Positions 38,971 to 51,206 of a stretch of 64,000 bases of DNA are shown piece after piece (position 1 is the stretch's first letter; every line of letters starts with the position of its first letter). Where the stretch lies: assembly GCA_030390025.1 (NCBI GenBank), contig CM059452.1, forward strand, positions 6,758,001-6,822,000. The letters are read 5' to 3'. The translations under genes and the position numbers were made by a program. The notes below the pieces were generated by a model. The model made no database searches, was not told the DNA's origin, and saw only the letters and a program-made list of their open reading frames with translations. This DNA comes from Squalus acanthias (Eukaryota).

Positions 38971-40270
38971 TTCAACGGCCCTCCCTCACGTTAATCGTGA
39001 GCCCTATTTTATAAATAGTATTCGGTAACTTTTAAAACACAATTTGCCAAAGTGTTCAGCAGTGTTGGTTTACACCGCCCACCTGTGGCTGTTGTCTGAT
39101 TTACATTTCAACTTCCGGTGCAATGAATGTGCCGTTCATTTGTCTGTCAGGACAGCGGGAGATTTATTTTGGGTCGTTTATACGTCTCCAGTAAAATACA
39201 GAATCGAGACACTCTTCGGGAATTCAATCTCAATGAATCTTACTATCTTAAAACACAACAAAGATGATTAAGCCCATCAATTCTTCACTTCCGTTCTCGC
39301 TTCCTACACTCTTTAATAATTCTCTAATCCCCAAATATGCTTCTTTATAAAAGAAAAATTGATGGATCTGCGTCACTAACTGTGTCTGGCAGAGAATTCC
39401 ACATTCTGACCTCCCTTAAATAAGAATCCTTTTGCAGAATAAACTTCAGTTCGAAGGTTATTTTGCTGCTTTCCGAGCAGTTCCGGGGGGATGTGTCCAG
39501 GACATTGTGTGTGAGGCCGGTAACGATCAGACAGAATCCTCACCCATTCCCGGGATCGGATGATCAGATGTCCGGGACAAAGCAGAACAGCTCACGGAGC
39601 CTGTGTGCCGGGGCCGCGGGCAGTGATGATGAACACAGACAGCGACAATGATCAGCTGCAACTCATTGAAACCAGGCTCTTGGTTTGATTCAGGAAATGA
39701 CGGGGACTCCGTGTGCTGACAGAAACACTTCAAATTCTCCGCTTCAGTCCGAAAGCTGCAACTGAGAGGAGGCACCGGGTGAAGTGTGGGGTCCCAGTGT
39801 GGAGCGACTGCGGCCATTATGGAGTTTGGGGTTTGCGTCATTTGGGGCCCAACAACGTTGTTATTTGATTTGTTTATTTATTTATTAATCTGTGTCTGTC
39901 TGTCAATTCCACTATTCACACAACTGTCCTCTGTTCATCGATTTCTAGGTCTATCCACCTATCTGTCTAATTGCCTATCAACACGTCTGTCAACTTGTAT
40001 GCCCGTCAGTCTGCCTCTCTGTCTGTCTGTCTGTCTGACTGTCTGTATTTCTTGCTATCTGTCTCTATGTCTCTATGTCTGTCTCTCTATCTCTGATTAT
40101 CAACCTACCTAACTATCAATGTCGAGCCATTAATCTGATGGTTTCTCTTTCAGTCCATTTGTCTCCCTGTGTATACACAGAGAAATAGGTAGATATATTC
40201 TCAGACAAAGAGAAACGCGTGATCTGTTTTTCATTATGTTTCCATGGGTAACCAGTCATGTTTTCTGTAG

Positions 40271-41902
40271 GACTGAGTTCTGGAGACTCCGTCGATCAGT
40301 GCCCAACGGAACCCCAATATCTGGAAGGATTTTTAAAAATTAAGGGAGTGAAGGGTTATGGGGAGCGGGCAGGCAAATGGAGCTGAGCCCAAGATCAGAT
40401 CAGCCATGATCTCATTAAATGACGGAGCAGGCTCGAGGGGCCAAATGGCCTACTCCTGCTCCTATTTCTTATGTCTTAACCTCGATGAGCATTAATTGTA
40501 ACTATTCAACCTCCCTAGCGAGCTACTACCTGCAGCTTTAACGTCAGAACCAGAATACGGATCCACTCTCATAATTAGGATACATTCCTTTGGAAAGGGT
40601 GAAGTTAATAAGAACATAAGAAATAGGAGCAAGAATAGGACACTTGGCCCCTCGAGCCTGCTCCGCCATTCAATAAGATCATGGCTGATCTTGGGCTCAA
40701 AGCCACTTCCCCGCCAGCTCCCCATAACCCTTCACTCCCTTATCTTGCAAAAATTTGTCTATCTCCACCTTAAATGTATTTAATAACCCCGCCTCCAAGC
40801 TCTCTGGGGCAGAGAATTCCACAGATTTACGACCCTCTGATAGAAGAAATTCCTCCTCATCTCAGTTCTAAAAGGGCGACCCTTTATTCTAAAACTGTGC
40901 CCCCGAGTTCTAGATTTCCCCACGAGGGGCAACATCCTCTCTGCATCTACCTTGTTGAGCCCCCTCAGTATCTTATATGTTTCAATAAGATCACCTCTCA
41001 TTCTTCTAAATTCCAAGGAGTATAGGCCCAGCCTGCTCAACCTTTCCTCATAAGTCAACCCCCTCATCTCTGGCATTAACCTAGTGAATCGTCTCTGAAC
41101 TGCCTCCAATGCAAATATATCCTTCCTTAAATAAGGAGACCAAAACTGCACGCAGTACTTAAGGTGTGGCCTCACCTGTTTTTATACTCCAACCCCCTTG
41201 AAATAAAGGCCAACATTCCACTTGCCTTTGTGATTACTTGCTGTACCTTCATGCTAACTTTTTGTGTTTCATGCACAAGGACCCCCAGGTCCCTCTGAAC
41301 TGTAGCATTTTGTAATCTCTCTCCATTTAAATCATAATTTGCTTTTTTATTTTTCCTGCCGAAGTGGATAACCTCGCACTTTCCCACATTATACTCCATC
41401 TGCCACATGTTTGCCCACTCACTTAGCCTGTCTATATCCCTTTGCAGATTCTTTGAGTCCTCTGCACAACTTGCTTTCCCACCCATCTTTGTATCATCCG
41501 CAAACTTGGCTACATTACACTCGGTCCCTTCATCCAAGTTATGAATGTAGATTGTAAATAGTTGGGGCCCCAGCACCGATCCCTGTGGCACCCCACTAGT
41601 TACTGTTTGCCAACCGGAAAATGACCCATTTCTCCCGACTCTCTGCTTTCTGTTAGTTAGCCAATTCTCTATGCATGCTGATATATTACCCCCAACTCCG
41701 TGAGCTCTTATCTTATGCAGTAACCTTTTATGTGGCACCTTATCGAATGCCTTCTGGAAATCCAAATACGACCGTTTCTCTGTCATTTTGGAAACTTCCA
41801 GAAATATCGTTGTTTTCAACCTGACTGAGCTGACAGCGCCGTGTACTACTGTGCACTGAGGCCCAGAATGAGAATGGCCTCGGAACACCTTGTACAGTAA
41901 CC
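40271..41902 (+). pseudogene. TCR V pseudogene split into three pieces by two CR1 insertions
   Basis: 40271-40332 LSSGDSVDQ..EG; 40480-40607 SINCNYSTS..YYLQL*RQ; 41770-41863 DRFSV...DSAVYYCALR. Degenerate RSS cagaatg-23-acagtaacc (41864-41902). Confidence 0.8.
40608..41769 (-). mobile_element. 5'-truncated CR1 LINE inserted in the V pseudogene (a second short CR1 tail at 40333-40477 on +)
   Basis: YLDFQKAFDKVPH, GVPQGSVLGP, KFADDTK motifs and 3' tail. Confidence 0.92.
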
Positions 41903-42606
41903 ATGTTCTATGAGATCAGGTCAAAGAAGTTACTTTAAACCCGGCCACCAGGTAGCGCTGACAGAGCGCAGATTCCCACCGCCGGTCACCTGACATCAAC
42001 CAATACTGACTGACACTTCCTCGATACAAATGAACGTGTCATTTCTTTTCATCTCATATTGATGTTCATTAATATTATACTTTCCCTTGCAATTGAATAA
42101 CTTCACAAGTTCTTTAAGTGTAAGCAAGCTGTGCGCCTCCCGAACCTCGGATCGGTTGCCGTTTTGTTCTATTTCCCACCGCTAGTTTCAGCCACTGGTT
42201 TTTACCCACTTCACTGATGAAGATTTTGTTAACTATTGAATGATATAATAATTCTACAATTCCTGTCACGAGTCTGCTTGCCCCGAATTTTTAACGAATG
42301 TGAAACTAACGCAGCCCTTATACAGAGGCAGAGTTATGTAAAGTCCGAAGAGGACAATATTACTGAATTCAGTTCCTCACAGGTGGATCCTACGTGTGAC
42401 AACACTGCCCGCGGCAGCCCCGCCCACAGCTTCCGTTTGCTGCTCTCGCTCTGACCCGCCTTGCCTGCCCTGTGTTATTGGAGAGATTGCTGCCGCTGCT
42501 CCCTGTTTGGCATTGGTTAGATCAGCAGTGCAGTGGGGCGGGGATCTGCATTTCTGCTCCGACAGAGGATTTCCCGGATTGCAGAGTTACAGATTCAGGG
42601 AGCGTC

Positions 42607-43117
42607 ATGTGGAACCGTCTCGCACCGTTCCTCATCATAATATCACTTCTCAGTAATATTTCCTTCCCAGTAAACATCAGTTCTCCCTCTGACTGCTGTA
42701 ACCCAGATGTTATTATTGGTAAAATGGTGATGATGATAATGATGATAATCACTATTCTATTATTATATGTTAGAATGGAGCCACCAAGACACAGTGGAAC
42801 AGTCGGTCACTGAAATAACGGTTGAAGAGGAAAGTAATGCCACACTGAACTGCACCTTGAAAACAAGCGATCGGAGCCCTACAGTGTTCTGGTACAGTCA
42901 GCACCCCGGGAAGCCTCCACAGTACGTGGTTTATTTTATTGCAAGGATAGTAAACAGGAACCCCGACTTCACTGACCGATTCTCTTCTACGTTCAATCAA
43001 ACTACCAAGATTACCGAGCTAACCATCAGCAAAGCCCTGATCTCCGACACCGCCGTATATTTCTGTGCCATGGAGCCCACACTGCTGCAGAGATATAGCG
43101 GATCCCGTACAAAAACC
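42607..43117 (+). CDS. TCR alpha/delta V segment, intact (leader 42607-42652, V exon 42774-43077, RSS 43078-43117); paralog of the V at 36502
   Basis: Leader MWNRLAPFLIIISLL (donor gtaata). V reads WSHQDTVEQS...TLNCTLK...VFWYSQHPGKPPQYVV...DTAVYFCAME. RSS cacactg-24-acaaaaacc. Confidence 0.92.
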
Positions 43118-46100
43118 CCACACTGAGAGTTCCAGTTACTGTTCACCAGAGGGCGCTCTCACCCCGATAAACAAAAGCAATAATTCAGCCTCCACAGTGA
43201 GAGTCACAGGGAGATTCTTAAAAGGGCAAAACACACAATACTCAACATCAGCAGGTGAACACCACTGGCGGAGCTATATTAGCTGGTGATTTCAACTCCC
43301 ATTTATAATAAAAAAATAACTTCACAAATCGATCTGTGGCACCTTACCTCCCCTTTTGCCTTTCAATGCCCTTTCCGTGCCTGCCTGTCCTTCTCATATC
43401 TTGTCTCTACTCTTCACCCATAATCCTGTGAGCTTTCTTCTTCCAGTCTTTAGTTTAACGAGGTAAAACCTTTGCTGCTTCTCTGTACATTTATTCAGAA
43501 CCGCTCCAACCCAGCTTCCCATAAACAGGAACAGCAGCCAGGGCAGTGAATACACACATATACACCGACATCTGAACAGTTTTCAGAATATCCACCAGAG
43601 GGCGGAAGGTCACAATATTCCTTTTGTGGCTCAGACCCCGGGGCTTTGACTTAAATGCTGTTTCTCCAATAGTTGTGCAAATGTTGGAATGAATTAAAGA
43701 TTAATATTTCAAATCCACTTGCCACAATGGGCTGGGTCGGTACATCGGGCAATGATCATCAAAAAAGACATCCATCATATCTTGGATTGAATTCTGATAC
43801 TAACCAGTGGGCAGGACAAGAGAGTGGAAGAATGTGAAGATGGGGCACGGAATATTAAAATGTGAATGAAAGACACACCCTGAGATCTGATTTCTGAAGC
43901 CACTAACTGTGGAGATCGATGTTAAAGGGCGAAAGACAAACCAAAAACTCTTGTATTGTGTTTGCTTTTCTGCACCACGTCCTTTTCTAATATGAGTGAA
44001 AGTTGTAAGGGGTTTTTGACGCCCTGCTGATGTTGCGCTCTGGTTAACGAGGATCCGCCCTACACCTCACCCTGGGGGCTTTGAACCCGCTCCTGGCGCT
44101 CTGCCCCCCGGAAGTTAGAGCAGATGAGCAGTAATTAGCTGAAAAGCGCCGATGCGCCACTCTCTCGATTCTCCCTCATTGCAAATCCAAAATCTGAAGA
44201 TTATGGATCCCTAAATTGATCATTACAGGCCCTAAACAGGTCACACTCACCTGATAAAAAGAAAGTAAGCCTTGCACTTATATTGCGCCTTTCACGACCT
44301 CGGGACGTCCCACAGCGCTTTACAGCCAATGAAGTACTTTTGACGTGTTGTCACTGTTGTCATGTCGGATGCGCGGCAACCAATTGCGCACAGTAAGCTC
44401 CCACAAACAGCAATGTGATAATGACCAGATAAACTGTTTTAGTGATGTTGATTGATGGATAAATATTGGTCAAGACACCGGGGATAACTCCCCTGCTCTT
44501 CTTCGAAATAGTGCCATGGGATCTTTTACGTCCACTTGAGAGAGCAGACTGGGCCTCGGTTTAACGTCTCATCCAACAGCCAGCACCTCCGACAGTGCAG
44601 CACTCCCTCAGCACTGCACTGGAGGGTCAGCCTAGACTTGAACCCACAACCTTCTGACTCACTGGCGCGAGTGCCAGCACTGAGCCACACAAGACACAAG
44701 ATAACAAGATAAGACATTTTTCACACTCATTACCATTCTAAAAGCAGGATTTTTTATCAATTGATATTTGCATCAACTGATGCTTACAGCGTAACTGCGG
44801 CATTGTAGTGTTTCAGCACAGCTCCCACAATATCATCGTTTTGATGTTAATTATGGTTCTCTACAAGGAGTTAATGGAATATACTGTGAGACCAAACACA
44901 AAGATCAATAACTTCAATATTAGCAGCAAACCTAATTCTCAAAGTAATCATTGCTCTGCGTGGGCCATCTTCGGTGCCCCATACATTATTGCAAGTCCCA
45001 TGACACAGTTCAGTGCTCTGAGCAACAGGTGCCTAAAAGGTGTTAGCTTTTGGGGTCAGTTCCATGCTGAACTGTGAATCGGTGGGCAGGCAAAAGGTAT
45101 TTAAAATGTGAGATGGGTAGTTGTATTGCGCAGAGCTGAAACAAAGGACAATTTTTGAACCAAGTGCAGTTTAGGACCCTGCGGCAGCCGATCCGGCGGT
45201 GCTGAGGTCACGGTTCCAGGCTCTGTCCAACACGGCCATCTTTGCGTGGCGTACAGTCGGCCATGTTTCTGTGACGCACTGTCCGTCTGTGGCCCATAAC
45301 TCGCCTTTTGTCCTTTGATGTCCTTTCCGTGCCTGCCTGCTATATTGTGCGGCCCTTTGCACATCTCCCCTGTTCGTTTCCCGGACCCTTTGATCGCGGC
45401 CTGTGAATAGGGTTTATTTGATCAGAGTATGTTGCTGGGTCAGTAACAGTTTATACACAATGAATAGATTTCACAAGGTAGTGATTGTGCTCTTTAAAAC
45501 AAGCCCCAGCACAAAGTTCCCCAATGTCGATTGGCCTTCCGAGTAACGCCTCATTCACTGTCACTGCACCTGGAAACTCTGAATATTAGAGACTTGAAAT
45601 CAATCATTAGTTAATTGAAACATCATTTTAAATGCAAACCACAGAAGGGGGCGGTGCAGGAAACAATTGTTCAAGTTACAGGGAGAGTTTATTATTTATG
45701 TATATTGTGTGTATCTGCCTGTACATTGAAAATGGCCCTGGACTGTCTCATATTATAATCTGACACTCAGTTGCTGGACTGAGGGAGTGCTGCAGGGTCT
45801 GAGGCGCCGTCCTTCGATCAGACGTTTAACCGAGGTCCCGCCAGCCCGTTCAGCAGATGTTAACGAATCCCCGGCACTACTGGAATAAGAGCGGGTGATT
45901 CTCCCGGTGTCCTGGGCCCACATTCCACCCTCAACAAACACCACCCAATAAAACCACATGAACCGACCTCCCAGCTCATTACTGCGGGACAAAGGACAGC
46001 GGCAGCCTCTGCTGACAGAACAACTCCCCCCTGTACATCAGACTAATGTGGGAGGGGCTTTCACATCGGGCTCAGAGACCCAATGAAGCGCCAGAAAACT

Positions 46101-46319
46101 GCAGGTTCTTCTTTAAACCTGTCGCTTATTCACACAACACACAGCCAGAGATCCGGGAACCGTGCGGCCCATCAGTGATCTCCGGGACACCGCCCTGTGC
46201 TAATTAACTCGACCCTAAAGTATTTCAGTCCAGCTCTGAGGTACAGTCTCCCAGAACAGTCCAGGGCTGCAGTCTCCAGCTCCCCGTCATATAAACCATC
46301 AGCTCCAGGCAGCAGAACG

Positions 46320-46362
46320 ATGGGAATCCTCCTTGTTTTCACCCTGTGTGTCTGTTTACCCC
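46320..46362 (+). CDS. NAR-TCR V1 leader exon
   Basis: MGILLVFTLCVCLP with phase-1 donor gtgagt. Confidence 0.9.
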
Positions 46363-46509
46363 GTGAGTACCGATCAAACAAACCGACATTGTGTGGATTT
46401 AATATAAAGCTGCCCGGGTCCATCCGAATTGCGGACACTGTCTGGGTTTTAGCCCCGTTGTGTGGTTCGGCTCTGATGGCCCATTAAACTCTCTCTGTTT
46501 AATTTCCAG

Positions 46510-46796
46510 GCTCTTTCAGTCAGTCAGTGACACAGACCCCGCCAGCGGTGACCAGGGAGGAGTGTCAGTCTCTCACCATCACCTGCGTTTTCTATGGTGG
46601 TTCTTGGGATTATTTTGAAAATGGACATTTCTTCAGACAAACCCAGACCGGGACAGAGTGGGAGCGGATCTCGAGCGGAGGGCGATTTGTTGTGAGGACG
46701 AATAAGGCAAAAAATACATTTTCTTTGGAAATTCGGGATGTGCGAGTTGAAGACAGCGCCACCTATTACTGTAAAGCTGAGTACTGGTACAGACCA
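46510..46796 (+). CDS. NAR-TCR V segment (IgNAR-like V), unrearranged
   Basis: QSVTQTPPAVTREECQSLTITC...FFRQTQTGTEWERISSGGRFVV...FSLEIRDVRVEDSATYYCKA. Shows the NAR-type CDR2 deletion and a non-canonical FR1 Cys. RSS cacagtg-22-acaaaaact at 46797-46834. Confidence 0.92.
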
Positions 46797-47158
46797 CACA
46801 GTGATGGGCCTCGGCTTCCCGCGATACAAAAACTCTCACTGCAGATTGTGACAGAAACAAGTGAAGAAGCGGAGTTAATCTGCCGTTAAACCCACAGTTC
46901 CGCCTCGCACCGTCTGCCCCACAGTCTAGTTTATAATCAGATTGGATTATTGCAGTTAACACCTTGAGTTTTGTAAATGCTGAGTGTGTGCGGGCGGTGA
47001 CGTCTTTCCCGGGATTGGTGTCAATGAATGGCGATTGGGAATGACTGATCCCAGTTACAATTCCCGAACACCAGATGGGATCCTGTTCTAACAGCTGGAA
47101 CCGGGAACCGCGGTCCCCGCCGTGTAACTAATGTCCCCCCATCTCACCGAGTACCGGG

Positions 47159-47227
47159 GGATTTGATGCTGACTTGAAACACTGTGTTTACTGGAACCTC
47201 ACAGTGGATGAGACCTGAGCAAATACC
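47159..47227 (+). other. NAR-TCR D segment (47187-47199, tttactggaacct) flanked by 12/12 RSSs
   Basis: ggatttgat-12-cactgtg | D | cacagtg-12-gcaaatacc. Confidence 0.88.
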
Positions 47228-47583
47228 TGTGTACAATTAAAATATAAATTCCCCGGGCCCGGAACCTGAATTGTAGGTTTGATCTTATTATCGCTGTAAT
47301 CTGGTTTAATTTAATTGTAATTTCCTGCTTTCAGTTATCTTTCTTTGATATTTTGCTCCGTTTCTATGAAGCGCCCATCTCCGGCCCGTGTTCCTGGGCC
47401 ATTTTACTGAGAGCTCAGAGTCTCACAAACAACAGTTTGAACCGACGGGGACTGTGGAACACGGAATATTGTTTATTGATCCCTGGAATAATTGGGCAGC
47501 GCCGACTGTCTGGTGATGTGTGGCCGGCAGATTGAGGTGTCGGTGGTTCTTGTACCGGGGTGACTGAGAGCGGTGTCACTGTG

Positions 47584-47631
47584 GTTCTAGATATGTGGAT
47601 GGATCCGGGACGGTGGTGACTGTCACAGCCG
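47584..47631 (+). CDS. NAR-TCR J segment with 23-RSS (47545-47583)
   Basis: ggttcttgt-23-cactgtg precedes SRYVDGSGTVVTVTA-G|gtaagt, with a NAR-like DGxGT motif. Confidence 0.92.
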
Positions 47632-48159
47632 GTAAGTGACTCCAAACCCCGCCGTGTTGCAGACTGTCCCGGTTAATGTTCACCGTCAGTTTATTATTGT
47701 GATCAGTATCACCTCAACCCCTTCAAATCAAACAGAGCGGTTTTCTAATGGGGGGGGGGGGAGGGTTCATTGCAGTTCTAGATTGGGGAGCAGAATATGA
47801 ACCGGGATCGGGTCCGCGTCCGGGTGTTAGTCCGGAGAGAGGAGATATGAGACCTCCACGGAGCAGGCAGTCTGGGGCGGTTTGACCCCATATGGACCAT
47901 CATTGGTTTAACGGGGACCTCGGGGGTCCCATGAATATACAGGACTATCACTCTGATCCCCAGTTCGTTTAAATGAGCGCAGATTGCCGAGGCTCCGGCC
48001 TCCGCTCTCGGTGTTAACTGTGACTGAGGGAGCTCTGCCTGTCCCTGTGAGCAGGGCAGGGGGTCACAGAGCTCCGTCCTGGGCAGGAGATTGCAGTCCG
48101 CGCCAGGTAGTGTGAATGAGGTACCCGGAGAGTGAACCCAATACAGCGGCCCATCCGAA

Positions 48160-48435
48160 ACCCACTGCGGCGCGTCCGATACCCGCAGCGGCCCGTCCGA
48201 TACCCGCAGCGGCCCGTCCGATACCTGCAGCGGCCCGTCCGATACCCGCAGCGGCCCGTCCGATACCCGCAGCGGCCCGTCCGATACCTGCAGCGGCTCG
48301 TCCGATACCTGCAGCGGCCAGTCTGATAGCTGCAGCGGCCTGTCCGATACCTGCAGCAGCCCTTCCGATACCTGCAGCGGCCTGCCCGATACCTGCAGCA
48401 GCCCGTCCGATACCTGCAGCGGCCCGTCCGATACG
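48160..48435. repeat. 21 bp minisatellite
   Basis: Unit ccgatacctgcagcggcccgt; only ~2 units remain at 52045-52083 in the duplicate. Confidence 0.92.
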
Positions 48436-48749
48436 TTATTGCCGGAACAGTTAATGCCGGCTGTGGGAATGTACTTCCGAGAAGAGTAAAGAAACTAAGA
48501 AGCAAAACGTTCTATAGCATCATGTTTAGCAGTGAAGTGGCTAATTCTGTAATACTGATCAAACATATCAAGACGGATAATTCTTGATATTTATCGGTGC
48601 CATTTTCCCACAACAGATTATTTAGTGTGAGAACTCCTTCGCTGCATAGTTCACATCATATGAATCATGTTTGTATATTAATATTGTTCTTGGACAAGTA
48701 TGAACACTATCTTTATAATCTCTGGCAAGAAAAGGTGATTTCAAGCAAA

Positions 48750-49200
48750 GGTGGGATGAGAGGGCTGTCCTATGATGAGAGATTGTGTAGAATGGGCCTA
48801 CACTCTCTGGAGTTTAGAAGAATGAGAGGTGATCTCATTGAAACATACAAGATTCTGAAGGGGATTGACAGGGTAGATGCTGAGAGGTTGTTTCCCCTGG
48901 CTGGAGTGTCTAGAACTAGGGGGCATAGTCTCTGGATAAGGGGTCGGCCAATTAAGATTGAGATGAGGAGGAATTTCTTCACTCGGAGGGTTGTGAATCT
49001 TTGGAATTCGCTGCCCCAGAGGGCTGTGCATGCTAAGTCTTTGAGTATATTCAAGGCTGAGATAGATAGATTTTGGATTCTAGGGGAATCAAGGGATATG
49101 GAGATCGGGCGGGAAAGTGGAGTTGAGGTCGATGATCAGCCATGATCTTATTCAATGGCGGGGCCGTATGGCCTACTCCTGCTCTTATTTGTTATGTTCT
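48750..49200 (+). mobile_element. CR1 LINE 3' fragment (duplicated at ~52400-52845)
   Basis: GLSYDERL...FRRMRGDLIETYK...RVVNLWNSLP plus tail. Confidence 0.85.
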
Positions 49201-51016
49201 TATGTCCACTTGAGAGAGCAGACTGGGCCTCGGTTTAACGCCTCATCCAAAAGCCAGCAACTCCGACAGTGCAGCGCTCCCTCAGTACTGCACTGGAGTG
49301 TCAGCCTAGACTTGATCCCACAATCTTCTGACTCACTGGCGCGAGTGCCAGCACTGAGCCACACAAAACACAAGATAACAAGATAAGACATTTTTCACAC
49401 TAATTCCATTCTAAAAGTAGGATTTTTTGCAATTGATATTTGCATCAACTGATGTTAACAGCGTAACTACGGCATTGTAGTGTTTCATCATAACTCCCAC
49501 AATATCATGGTTTTGATGTTAATTATGGTTCTCTACAAGGTGTTAATGGAATATACTGTGAGACTAAACGCAAAGATCAGTAACTTCAGTATTAGCAGCA
49601 AATCCAGTTCTCAAAGTAATCATTGCTCTGCGTGGGCCATCTTCAGCGCCCCATACATTATTGCAAGTCCCATGACACAGTTCAGTGTTCTGAGCAAAAG
49701 GTGGTTAAAAGGTGTTAACTTTTCGGATCAGTTCCATGCTGAACTGTGAATCGGTGGGCCGGCAAAAGGTATTTAAAATGTGAGATGGGCTGTTGTATTG
49801 CGCAGAGCTGAAACAATGGCCAATTTTTGAACCAGGTGGACATTAGGAACCTGCGGCCGCCCATCCGGCGGTGCTGAGGTCACGGTTCCAGGCTTTGTCC
49901 AACACGGCCATCTTTGTGTGACGGACATGTCAACCATGTTTCTGTGACGCATTGTCGGCCTTGATTGTGTGACCTACAATCGGTCTGTGGCCATTAACTC
50001 GCCTTTTGTCCTTTTATGCCCTTTCGGTGCCTGCCTGAAATATTGTGCAGCCCTTTGCACATCTCCCCTGTCAGTGTCCCGGACCCTTTAATCGCGGCCT
50101 GTACAGAGGGTTTATTTGATCAGAGTATGTTGCTGGGTCAGAGACTGTTTTTACACAATGAACAGATATCACAAGGTAGTGATTGTGCTCTTTAAAACAA
50201 GCCCCAAGCACAGAGTTCTCGCAATGTCGATTCGCCTTCCGAGTGTCGCTTCATTCTCTGTCACTGCCCCTGTAAACTCTGAATATTAGAGACCTTGAAA
50301 TCAATCATTAATTAATTGAAACATAATTTTACAAGCAAACCAAAGAAGGGGACGGTGCAGGAAGCATTTCTTTAAATTACAGGGATAGTTTATTCTTTGT
50401 GTATATTGTGTGTATCTGCCTGTATATTGAAAATGGCCCTGGACTTCTCAAATTTTAACCTGACACTCAGTTGCTGGACTGAGGGAGTGCTGCAGGGTCT
50501 GAGGCGCCGTCCTTCGATCAGAGGTTTAACCGAGGTCCCGCCAGCCCGTTCAGGGAGATGTTAAAGAATCCCCGGCACTATTGGAATAGGAGTGGGGGAT
50601 TCTCCCGGTGTCCTGGGCCCACATTCCACCCTCAATAAACACCACACAATAAAAACACATGAACCGACCTCCCAGCTCAGTGCTGTGGGACAAAAGACAG
50701 CGGCAGCCTCTGCTGACAGAACAACTGCCCCCTGTACATCAGACTAATGTGGAAGGAGCTTTCACACCGGGCTCAGAGACCCAATGAAGGGCCAGAAAAC
50801 TGCAGGTTTATAACTGTCGTTTATTCACACAACACACAGCCAGAGATCCGGGAACCGAATGGCCCATCACTGACCTCTGGGACACCGCCCTGTGCTAATT
50901 AACTCGGTCCCATAAAGTATTTCAGTCCAGCTCTGAGGTACAGTCTCCCAGAGCAGTCCTGGGCGGCAGTCTCCAGCTCCCCGTCATATAAACCATGAGC
51001 TCCAGGCAACAGAACG

Positions 51017-51059
51017 ATGGGAATCCTCCTTGTTTTCACCCTGTGTGTCTGTTTACCCC
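51017..51059 (+). CDS. NAR-TCR V2 leader exon
   Basis: Identical to leader 1 (MGILLVFTLCVCLP), with the intron retained. Confidence 0.9.
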
Positions 51060-51206
51060 GTGAGTACCGATCAAACAAACCGACATTGTGTGGATTTAAT
51101 ATAAAGCTGCCCGGGTCCATCCGAATTGCGGACACTGTCTGGGTTTTAGCTCCGTTGTGTGGTTCGGCTCTGATGGCCCATTAAACTCTCTCTGTTTAAT
51201 TTCCAG

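Noticed and set aside
39460-39850. GC-richer patch with short ORFs and a gtgag donor-like site
   Set aside because: No Ig-fold motifs, RSS or recognisable exon.
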